DNA of 64,000 nucleotides, taken from NCBI GenBank assembly GCA_964411255.1, contig CAYPKD010000004.1:94037-158036 (forward strand), given 5' to 3'. How positions within the stretch are numbered: the first letter of the stretch is position 1; each line of letters begins with the position of its first letter. Origin of the DNA: an uncultured Gammaproteobacteria bacterium. GTDB lineage: Bacteria; Patescibacteriota; Patescibacteriia; UBA11705; DATKZF01. Of this stretch, positions 56,931 through 64,000 are shown piece after piece. The notes beneath the pieces are model-generated. The model did not search any database, had not been told where the DNA came from, and worked only from the letters and a program-made list of their open reading frames with translations. A program made the translations under genes and the position numbers.

Positions 56931-57470
56931 ATGGGCACAGTCACAGCCATGATTCATGTGGGTCGAACCCATCAAAACCATTTAGGCATATTGCCAGCCG
57001 ATTGGCTATATTTACATGAAAACAGCCGCCCGAGCTGGCATTTACAGCCATTAAGTATAATGGGCAGAAATAGACAACATATTGATATCACCTGGGTTCC
57101 TACTCTAAAACATATGCTTGATGATGCAATGCTGATGATTGCAATTTTTATACTTAAAGATGAAGCAATTATTAAAAAAGCAAAACAATGCTTTAAAAAA
57201 GATGACCTTTCGTTTATTGAACTAAACAGAGATATTAATAAACAAGATTTGTATCAACTTCGCAGAAAATGCAGAGCGTTGAGAAACAGATATAAGATTG
57301 TTGTTACACTCCTTGGCAAATCTTCTTTATCAAGGCATTGCCCTGTACTTGAAAAGTATAAAATGGATGTTGAAGTTTGTATTCCTGCCTTTGATAGACA
57401 TTTTTCTCATTGGGAAAAGAAAACAGTCACTTCAGGTTCTCTGGATATTCAAAGAACGGAGGCTCCATGA
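56931..57470 (+). CDS. hypothetical protein
   Basis: Start moved to the ATG after RBS aaggaggg; TTGACA-17-TATTAT promoter at 56868-56896; stop overlaps the next start (ATGA). Confidence 0.45.
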   Translation: MGTVTAMIHVGRTHQNHLGILPADWLYLHENSRPSWHLQPLSIMGRNRQHIDITWVPTLKHMLDDAMLMIAIFILKDEAIIKKAKQCFKKDDLSFIELNRDINKQDLYQLRRKCRALRNRYKIVVTLLGKSSLSRHCPVLEKYKMDVEVCIPAFDRHFSHWEKKTVTSGSLDIQRTEAP

Positions 57471-58006
57471 AAATCGTACTTGGCTCAAAAAGCAAAATAA
57501 AAGCTGAGGCTCTCAGACAAGCCCTGACTGAAGTACTGGAATTGATTGACGAAAAGTCGAACATTGAACTGGAGCTTACAGAAGTGAAATCCTGGGTGAG
57601 ACCTCAGCCAATGAAGGCCGATGAAGCTCTCAGGGGCGCAATGGAAAGAGCCGGACGCTCTCTGCGGGCTTGCCCAGAAGCTGAACTGGCAATAGGGATT
57701 GAAAATGGCGTGCACAGATTTTCTGACATGATTAATGAATATTGGATCGATTTTGCTTTTGTGGTTGCCCTTACTCCGCTTATGATAAAATATGTCAGCA
57801 CAAGCTGTGGAATTCAGTTTCCGACAAATATTGTATTTTTATCCGAATCCAAACAAGCCCAGGATACTTGCGGACAAATTATGGAAAAATTAAAGATGGT
57901 CAAGGATGGCAAAGATCCTCATTCATCTTTGACTTTTGGCGCATTGTCCAGAAAAGAATCGCTTATTCAGCCACTCAAGGTGGTTTTAATACAAGCATTA
58001 TCATAA
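57467..58006 (+). CDS. YjjX-like inosine/xanthosine triphosphatase (NTPase_I-T / DUF84), putative
   Basis: 'KIVLGSKSKIKAEALRQAL' and 'ELAIGIENGV' resemble YjjX 'VVCATTNPAKIQAILQAF' and 'FWVAIEAGI'; RBS ggagg; track ORF start trimmed. Confidence 0.45.
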   Translation: MKIVLGSKSKIKAEALRQALTEVLELIDEKSNIELELTEVKSWVRPQPMKADEALRGAMERAGRSLRACPEAELAIGIENGVHRFSDMINEYWIDFAFVVALTPLMIKYVSTSCGIQFPTNIVFLSESKQAQDTCGQIMEKLKMVKDGKDPHSSLTFGALSRKESLIQPLKVVLIQALS

Positions 58007-58008
58007 AA

Positions 58009-58034
58009 CCCGCTTTCAGAAAGCGAGTTTTTTA
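58009..58034 (+). terminator. rho-independent terminator
   Basis: cgctttc-agaa-agcg+TTTTTT. Confidence 0.5.
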
Positions 58035-58062
58035 TTTCAGATCAATTATTATATTCCCTATC

Positions 58063-58085
58063 GTGGGGTCTGGGGTTGCCATTCA
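58063..58085. repeat. 5' fragment of an E-type copy of the structured repeat
   Basis: cgtggggtctggggttgcc matches the 5' end of copy E; no 3' partner strand present. Confidence 0.5.
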
Positions 58086-58146
58086 ATTATATAAATAAAA
58101 ATTCACACATTGATGAAGATCAGAACATTTTTTCATTTATAGCATC

Positions 58147-58305
58147 GGGGGTCTGGGGGGCTGATTGCCCCCGGAGCGATCCTCAAACTTAATCGTTGCT
58201 TCGCATTTGAAGCCGCTCAGCACTTTTTGGTTACTTTTTGGTGCCAAAAAGTAACTTGGCGCAAGCCAACATTGCAAAACCCATAGCAGGCTCCAGGCCT
58301 GTTTT
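58147..58305. repeat. structured dispersed repeat, copy D
   Basis: Core as copies A/B; long-range stem partly degraded (agccgctcagc); ends caggc-tccag-gcctg+TTTT as in copy C. Confidence 0.8.
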
Positions 58306-58377
58306 GAAAAAGATTAAATTTATTTTTTCCTAAATAAAAAACCCTGATACTATAGGGATATAAAACTCGTAATTCAA

Positions 58378-59349
58378 TCATTTATTCCAAAGATTTATAT
58401 AAGACTGAAATTTTTTAGCTATCAAATCCTGAGCTTTTGATTTTGTAATCTTTTTTTCTTTATATTTTATCAAAGCATCTAAAAATATTGTCCGGCCAAT
58501 AGCAAATCCAATAATCTGATCAAACTTTTTGGCTGCCAAAAGCCATTGCTTAACTTTTTTATCATCCTCTCCCCTGCCTAAAAATATTATTGACGAGTTC
58601 TTTGGAATTACTTTTAAAATTCTCTTCCAGCATTTATTAGAAAATCCTTCCATTTTCCAAATATCAACTTTTACTTTTTGTTTTATTTCTTTAATTGCCG
58701 CAACTGTTCTGATCAATCGTAAAGTCTTTTCATAATTTCTTTCAGTATTTACCAGTTTTAAATCTTTGTCAGTTGCTGGAACTAAAAGCTCAATTAATAA
58801 TTTATAATTATTTTTTTTGCAAAAATCACTTAAACGCTTTAATTTTTTAAGCTGCACTTTATTTATTTTCTTATTTATAGGATTATACCGAACCAATGCT
58901 TTAGCATAATCTGGCTTAAATTTATTGATATGCCTGCCAAAAGCACTTCCATATTCAAAACCATATTGTTTTTGCCCGCTTTTCTCAGTGGTCAAACAAA
59001 TCTGAATTTTTCGCTTTTTTGCATCTTTTAATACTTTCGCACCAAATTCTTCATCAACGAGAATGGCCAAATCGTCTTTTTTTTCATACTTTTTATACAC
59101 CTTTAAAAATGCCTGATAAATCAATTCTTTCAGTTTTTCTAGCTCTTTATGCTGCTTTTTTGTTATTTTTTTAGTACCAATTAAGTGCTTTTTAAATGAG
59201 CCCCGATGGTCAAAAGGCATGATTATAAGCTGTTTTTTCATATTATTCGTATTATACCATATTTCATTCGATTTTTGCCTATTGACAAAATTCTCATTAT
59301 TAGCTAGTATGTAAATTATTAAATATCCATGTTGATTGCAGTAAAGCAC
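58378..59349 (-). CDS. hypothetical protein, possibly a DUF2090 / class I aldolase-like TIM-barrel
   Basis: N-terminal 'IIMPFDHRGSF' and C-terminal 'IIGFAIGRTIF' resemble the IolC C-terminal/DUF2090 family; assignment uncertain. Confidence 0.35.
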   Translation of the reverse strand: MLYCNQHGYLIIYILANNENFVNRQKSNEIWYNTNNMKKQLIIMPFDHRGSFKKHLIGTKKITKKQHKELEKLKELIYQAFLKVYKKYEKKDDLAILVDEEFGAKVLKDAKKRKIQICLTTEKSGQKQYGFEYGSAFGRHINKFKPDYAKALVRYNPINKKINKVQLKKLKRLSDFCKKNNYKLLIELLVPATDKDLKLVNTERNYEKTLRLIRTVAAIKEIKQKVKVDIWKMEGFSNKCWKRILKVIPKNSSIIFLGRGEDDKKVKQWLLAAKKFDQIIGFAIGRTIFLDALIKYKEKKITKSKAQDLIAKKFQSYINLWNK

Positions 59350-59366
59350 TGATTGGGGGATACTTA

Positions 59367-59579
59367 ATGCAAAAAGGTAGTAAGTTCAAGTGGAAACCTC
59401 TCTCAAAATTGCCGCAAGGAACAGCAGAAAATCTCAGGATTAGAGAAGAAGACCATGGAAAAGGGCCATTTATTGTAAAGGAAATCGAGCCATTTCTTGA
59501 AAATAATCGTTTAATAATATTTAGAAATGAACGTGGTCATGATGCAGTTGTAAATGAAAATTTATTGATTGAGGTGTAA
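59367..59579 (+). CDS. small hypothetical protein
   Basis: 70 aa ORF; terminator-like hairpin cctgactt-cat-aagtcagg+TTTTTT follows. Confidence 0.35.
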   Translation: MQKGSKFKWKPLSKLPQGTAENLRIREEDHGKGPFIVKEIEPFLENNRLIIFRNERGHDAVVNENLLIEV

Positions 59580-59622
59580 ATAAATACCTGACTTCATAAG
59601 TCAGGATTTTTTAATATTATTA

Positions 59623-60381
59623 TTACTCTATTGAAATTGAAAAAATTGCTTGTGTATATCCAGTATCTTTTTCCTTATCTATTCCAAATGAAATCTTTTT
59701 CCCAGAGTCAAAATTTATATCTGTTTTAATCAAGCCTCTTTTTGCACTTAATTCGGTTGAAAATGATTTAATAATACCAAGTGTCTCTTTTTCTAAAATA
59801 TCATCTGGCTCAATGTTTGATATAATATACCAATTAAATTCTTCATGTTGTTCGGTGATACGATGTATTGAACCGACTAATAATCCTTTAATTCCTTCTA
59901 CTTCCAATATAATTTCCCAAGATGCTGGCAACCATGGTCTTCCTTTCTTGTCTTTCTTTCTTAATTCCTTTAGATCAAACTCTATAGCTTCTAAATAGTC
60001 TTTATTTAAACTTAATAATAACTCATAGGTAGCTTCATCACTTAACTTCACTTCTGAAACATTTTTTTTACGTATGCGTTCCTGATTAGTATCCTCCAGA
60101 AGATCAATTGGCTCTGTATTGAAGGCTGGTTCTGCACTTTCTTGTCTTTTTCTTTTCTTTTCAATTTTATCCTTTATCTTCATTAACTCATTCTTATAAT
60201 CCGTATAAAAATCCAAAGCCTCTTTCAACTTCCCAGCTTTTTCAGCAGCCACAGCCTTATCCATGATCTTTCCCAGAAATTCCTTTTCTTCATCAGTTAA
60301 AGGCACACGCTTAACCTCACTCCGCCGCGGGCGGGCCATTTGGAGTTGGGATTCGAGAGATTGGGGTTTTTCTGACTTCAT
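59623..60381 (-). CDS. paralog-family protein 1 (shared N-terminal helical domain, unique C-terminus)
   Basis: N-terminus 'PQSLESQLQMARPRRSEVKRVPLTDEEKEFLGKIMDKAVAAEKAGKLKEALDFYTDYKNEL' shared with three neighbours. Confidence 0.55.
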   Translation of the reverse strand: MKSEKPQSLESQLQMARPRRSEVKRVPLTDEEKEFLGKIMDKAVAAEKAGKLKEALDFYTDYKNELMKIKDKIEKKRKRQESAEPAFNTEPIDLLEDTNQERIRKKNVSEVKLSDEATYELLLSLNKDYLEAIEFDLKELRKKDKKGRPWLPASWEIILEVEGIKGLLVGSIHRITEQHEEFNWYIISNIEPDDILEKETLGIIKSFSTELSAKRGLIKTDINFDSGKKISFGIDKEKDTGYTQAIFSISIE

Positions 60382-60393
60382 ATCTTTTACATG

Positions 60394-61086
60394 CTATTTC
60401 ATTATATCACCTTTTATTTTTCCCTCTTCTTTCAGTCTTTCTGCTTTTTCAACTAATTTTTTAGTACAGCCCTCAATTATAAGATCGTTGCCAACATATA
60501 AATCATCTGGCAAATCTTTAATTGATGAATTATTTAATATTAGATCACCATCAATGCGAGTATTCTCAGGTAAAGAATCCATTATTGCTCCGTTCATATT
60601 AAGTGTACCAAAAACTCTAAGACCTGAACCTTTCCACTTTTTTACAACAGTATTTTTTAATATTAATGAATTACTAACTAACATGTTTGCAGGAAATTCA
60701 TCAATAATTTTCCCTGTTAAATTTAACATTTGTTTTGTTTCCAGCGCTGGAAGCTTTGATAAATCAAAAACAATCTCTACAAAATTTTCCTCTGTGAATC
60801 CAATAGCAGCAATCCATTCTTCTAGTTTTTCCCTTGTCCAAACAATTTCTTTCTCTTTTTCCTTTATCTTTAACAACTCATTCTTATACTCAGTATAAAA
60901 CCCTAAAGCCTCAGCCAATTCCCCAGCTTTTTCCGCAGCCACAGCCTTATCCATAATCTTTCCTAAAAATTCCTTTTCTTCAGCAGTCAGCGGCACACGC
61001 TTAACATCACTCCGCCGCGGGCGGGCCATTTGAAGTTGGGATTCGAGAGATTGAGGTTGTTCTTTTTGCATAGAGCTATTAGACAT
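60394..61086 (-). CDS. paralog-family protein 2 (shared N-terminal domain; C-terminus related to paralog 3)
   Basis: 'QPQSLESQLQMARPRRSDVKRVPLTAEEKEFLGKIMDKAVAAEKAGELAEAL'; C-terminal '...GCTKKLVEKAERLKEEGKIKG' similar to paralog 3; the true start may be the internal Met 15 codons downstream. Confidence 0.55.
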   Translation of the reverse strand: MSNSSMQKEQPQSLESQLQMARPRRSDVKRVPLTAEEKEFLGKIMDKAVAAEKAGELAEALGFYTEYKNELLKIKEKEKEIVWTREKLEEWIAAIGFTEENFVEIVFDLSKLPALETKQMLNLTGKIIDEFPANMLVSNSLILKNTVVKKWKGSGLRVFGTLNMNGAIMDSLPENTRIDGDLILNNSSIKDLPDDLYVGNDLIIEGCTKKLVEKAERLKEEGKIKGDIMK

Positions 61087-61109
61087 TAATCATTTGTAAT
61101 TGAGAATAA

Positions 61110-61823
61110 CTATGAAGGAATGATTACTTTTCCCTTAATTTTTCCTTCTTTTGCTAACTTTTGCGCTTTTTCTTTCACTTTATCAGAACAACCACCAACC
61201 CAAAAATTATGCCCGACATATATATTATCTGGCAAATTTTCAATAGCTGACCTTGCTATGTCAAAACTCCCTGTAACATGCGTATTTTCAGGTATGTGAG
61301 ATAGTTTTGCATTTTTCATATCACATGAACCTTTTACAGTTAATCCCGGGCCATTCCATTTTTTAACTTCCGCATCATTTAATAAAAGATGTCCATTAAC
61401 AGTTAAATTTGGCGGGAATTCGTCAATTACTTTACCTCTCAAACGCAGATAGCCTATTGTTTCTAATCGAGGGAATTTGGTTAAATCAAAAGTCTGTGCT
61501 GTATATTCTGAAATTGAAAAATCAGGAAATTCATAAACCTTTTCCACCCACTCTTCAAGCCTACCTAGAGTCCATATTTTTTTTTCATCCTCTTTTATTT
61601 TTTTATCCTTCTCTTCTTTAATCTTTAACAATTCATTTTTATAGTCAGTATATAAATCTAATGCTTCTTGCAGCTTCCCTGCCTTTTCCGCAGCCACTGC
61701 CTTATCCATAATATTTCCCAGAAATTCCTTTTCTTCATCAGTTAAAGGCACACGCTTAATCTCAGCACGTTTTGGTTTGGCCATTTTTAATTGACTTTCT
61801 AGTGATTGAGGTTGTTCTGGCAT
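61110..61823 (-). CDS. paralog-family protein 3
   Basis: Start set to 'MPEQPQSLESQLKMAKPKRAEIKRVPLTDEEKEFLGNIMDKAVAAEKAGKLQEAL'; the track start 61844 would overlap the upstream gene. Confidence 0.55.
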   Translation of the reverse strand: MPEQPQSLESQLKMAKPKRAEIKRVPLTDEEKEFLGNIMDKAVAAEKAGKLQEALDLYTDYKNELLKIKEEKDKKIKEDEKKIWTLGRLEEWVEKVYEFPDFSISEYTAQTFDLTKFPRLETIGYLRLRGKVIDEFPPNLTVNGHLLLNDAEVKKWNGPGLTVKGSCDMKNAKLSHIPENTHVTGSFDIARSAIENLPDNIYVGHNFWVGGCSDKVKEKAQKLAKEGKIKGKVIIPS

Positions 61824-61840
61824 ATATTTTAGGTATAAAA

Positions 61841-63205
61841 TCAAATCGTATTTATTCTCTTTACATAATTGTTTCCCTCCTTAGCAATTATATATATTTT
61901 ATCCTCATTTATTAAACCAAAATGATAAATTTCATCATAATCTTTACCAACTTTTTCTCCCTTTTCATTTACTACAAACCATTTGCCATCTTTTTTTGCT
62001 GCAAAAACAATTTTACCTCCAATATCTCGTGGATCTTTAACCTCATCATAATCGTGTCCAACTTTCTCCCCTGCTTCATTTACTACAAACTTTTTGCCAT
62101 CTTTTTTTGCTGAAAAAGTAATTTTACCTCCAATATCTTGTACCTGCCCAACATTATCATAATCTTGTCCAACTTTTTCTCCTTTTTCATTTATTGTAAA
62201 CCATTTACCATCTTTTTTTGCTGAAAAAGCAATTTTACCTCCAATATCTTGTGGATCTTTAACCTCATCATAATCTTGTCCGACTTTTTCTCCTTTTTCA
62301 TTCATAACAAACTGTTTATTATCCTTGATTGCTACAAAAGCAATTTTTCCTCCAATATCCTGTGGGTCCCAAATTTTATCATAATCTTGTTCAGTTTCTT
62401 CACCCTTTTCGTTTACTATAAACCATTTGCCATCTTTTTTTGCTCGAAAAACAATTTTACCTCCAATATCTTGTGCCTGCCCAATATGATCATAATCTTG
62501 TCCAACTTTTTCTCCTTTTTCATTTATTATAAACCATTTGCTACCTTTTTTTGCAGAAAAAGCAAGCTTACCACTAATATTTTTTAAAAAACTAATATGA
62601 TCATAATCTTGTCCAACTTTTTCTCCTTTTTCATTAACTACAAAGCATTTGTCATCTTTTTTTGCTCGAAAAACAATTTTTCCTCCAATTTCATGAGGAT
62701 ACCCAACATCATCATAATCGTGTCCAACTTTTTCTCCTTTTTCATTTATTATAAACTCTTTGTTGTTTTTTTCAGCATCAAAAGCAATCCTGCCTCCGAT
62801 ACTTTCAGGATAGCCAACATCATCATATTCATCTCCAACTTTTTCTCCCTTTTCATTTACTACAAACCATTTGCCATCTTTTTTTGCTGCAAAAGCAATT
62901 TTTCCTCCAATATCTTGAGGCTTTCGAACTCCATCATATTTCTTTATATCTATTAAAGCCACTATTAGTCCTTCATTATTTTCCTTTTCTTCTCTTTTTT
63001 TAATCTTTAATAATTCATTCTTATAATTCGAATAAAAATCCAAAGCCTCTTCTAATCTTCCAGCCTTTTCCGCAGCCACTGCCTTATCCATAATATTTCC
63101 CAGAAATTCCTTTTCTTCATCAGTTAAAGGCACACGCTTAATCTCAGCACGTTTTGGTTTGGCCATTTTTAATTGACTTTCTAGTGATTGAGGTTGTTCT
63201 GGCAT
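61841..63205 (-). CDS. paralog-family protein 4: shared N-terminal domain plus 11 tandem WG-like beta repeats
   Basis: N-terminus identical in 55 of 58 residues to paralog 3 (near-identical DNA); C-terminal '(I)GGKIxFxAKKDGKWFVVNEKGEKVGxDYDxV' repeated 11 times (WG/KWG-repeat-like). Confidence 0.6.
   Translation of the reverse strand: MPEQPQSLESQLKMAKPKRAEIKRVPLTDEEKEFLGNIMDKAVAAEKAGRLEEALDFYSNYKNELLKIKKREEKENNEGLIVALIDIKKYDGVRKPQDIGGKIAFAAKKDGKWFVVNEKGEKVGDEYDDVGYPESIGGRIAFDAEKNNKEFIINEKGEKVGHDYDDVGYPHEIGGKIVFRAKKDDKCFVVNEKGEKVGQDYDHISFLKNISGKLAFSAKKGSKWFIINEKGEKVGQDYDHIGQAQDIGGKIVFRAKKDGKWFIVNEKGEETEQDYDKIWDPQDIGGKIAFVAIKDNKQFVMNEKGEKVGQDYDEVKDPQDIGGKIAFSAKKDGKWFTINEKGEKVGQDYDNVGQVQDIGGKITFSAKKDGKKFVVNEAGEKVGHDYDEVKDPRDIGGKIVFAAKKDGKWFVVNEKGEKVGKDYDEIYHFGLINEDKIYIIAKEGNNYVKRINTI
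61960..62930. repeat. ~99-bp coding tandem repeat x11 (WG-like repeats)
   Basis: Periodic 'ttttacctccaatatc...tttttctcc...' units; generates the spurious F-rich antisense ORFs 61922..62956. Confidence 0.8.
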
Positions 63206-63260
63206 ATATTTTTAAAAAGGAAGGAAATATTTCATTCCTCCTTTTATATATATCATTAAA

Positions 63261-63962
63261 TTAGTCGTCTTTATTCATTCCCTTATGCTTTCCCGGCTCA
63301 TTTCCATGCTCAATTCCCTTGTGCTTTCCAGGATGGCCATTATCATCTCCGTCTTCAGGATCACCCTTTCCTCCTTTTGGTTTTCCATTACCACCTTTTG
63401 GTTTGCTTCCACCTACTCCGCCTTTTGGCTTGCCTTTTCCTCCGCCTTTTCCACCAGCCGGATCTCCAATTCCGCCAATACCTCCTTTAGGTTTTCCTTT
63501 TCCAAGCAGTCCCCATCCAGTAACAGCAGCTAGCATGCATACAAGCACTAATAAAAATTTTAATATTTGATCGCGCCATTCCCAAAGCATATCCCAAAAT
63601 CCTTGTTCATCTTCATTAAATTCGCAGCAATCATCATCTGATGGCCAAATAAACTGGTCATTTGAAGCAACTTCATCATCTGATGCGAAAACATCATCGC
63701 TGGCAAAAAGTGAATCATCTGAAGCAAATAAATCGTCATTGTCATCATCATCATCTCCCTCATTATTGTCATCGCCTTCATCACCATCAACATCTTCTTC
63801 TGGTTCAGGTTCTGGCTCTGGTTCATGTTCTTCTTCGCATTTATCAGAATCTAAAGGATAAAAATCATCTTTATCACTGCAAGTATCATCATCAGTATCA
63901 TAATCTTTTGGATCTGTTCCAATCTCATCTTCATCCCAGTTAAACAAACCATCATTATCCAT
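63261..63962 (-). CDS. low-complexity protein: D/E-rich N-terminal half, TM helix, G/K/P-rich tail; N-terminus may extend past the window edge
   Basis: 'DDEVASNDQF', TM 'FLLVLVCMLAAVTGWGLLG', 'GKGGGKGKPKGGVGGSKPKGGNGKPKGGKG'. Confidence 0.4.
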   Translation of the reverse strand: MDNDGLFNWDEDEIGTDPKDYDTDDDTCSDKDDFYPLDSDKCEEEHEPEPEPEPEEDVDGDEGDDNNEGDDDDDNDDLFASDDSLFASDDVFASDDEVASNDQFIWPSDDDCCEFNEDEQGFWDMLWEWRDQILKFLLVLVCMLAAVTGWGLLGKGKPKGGIGGIGDPAGGKGGGKGKPKGGVGGSKPKGGNGKPKGGKGDPEDGDDNGHPGKHKGIEHGNEPGKHKGMNKDD

Positions 63963-64000
63963 ATCTGTATCTAAATCGTCAATTATTCCATCGCCATCAG

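Noticed and set aside
61960-62930. Possible CRISPR array (regular ~99-bp periodicity)
   Set aside because: The units are contiguous with no unique spacers, lie inside a long ORF and encode a conserved protein repeat. No cas genes nearby.
61922-62956. Several F/I-rich plus-strand ORFs (63-119 aa)
   Set aside because: Antisense reading of the 11x WG-repeat array. Periodic and low-complexity; they mirror the repeat structure rather than encode proteins.
63285-63943. Plus-strand and nested minus-strand ORFs (P/F-rich, H/M-rich)
   Set aside because: Alternative-frame readings of the low-complexity D/E- and G/K-rich gene 63261..63962; compositional artefacts.

Overview
AT-rich bacterial window, low overall GC with several GC-richer islands, dense in small hypothetical genes. 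I infer it comes from an uncultivated small-genome lineage (CPR/Patescibacteria-like), standard genetic code. Recognisable genes are tRNA-Thr(UGU) and rpmG (L33, missing from the ORF track), a 2-Cys peroxiredoxin, gpmI, and a minus-strand ATP-grasp / VIT1 / LigD-phosphoesterase operon. There are large secreted surface proteins (one with a dockerin-like C-terminus), an ABC-2 exporter, MscS, two soluble histidine kinases, and a CHASE2 cyclase with a FecR-like partner. Other calls are pyrF with a PRTase, TrmH/SpoU, MazG-like, a CPBP protease, an HD hydrolase and a YjjX-like NTPase. Three things stand out. (1) A hydrogenase-maturation cluster hypC-hypD-hypE with a Kae1-domain-only hypF-like gene nearby, in which two Avd/IVS-family four-helix-bundle genes lie between the hyp genes; each is flanked by long imperfect inverted repeats, and a near-identical copy of one repeat sits inside the hypF-like CDS. 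hypC has no ATG start. (2) A dispersed ~160-190 nt element, with four full copies, one diverged copy and one fragment, all intergenic and in the same orientation; it has a long-range stem and internal hairpins preserved by compensatory substitutions, so it is a candidate ncRNA or MITE-like family. (3) A tandem array of four paralogs sharing a ~70 aa N-terminal helical domain with divergent C-termini, one carrying 11 WG-like repeats. Further candidates are an sORF/sRNA island at 14.7-15.2 kb and a multi-hairpin intergenic element at 39.4 kb.
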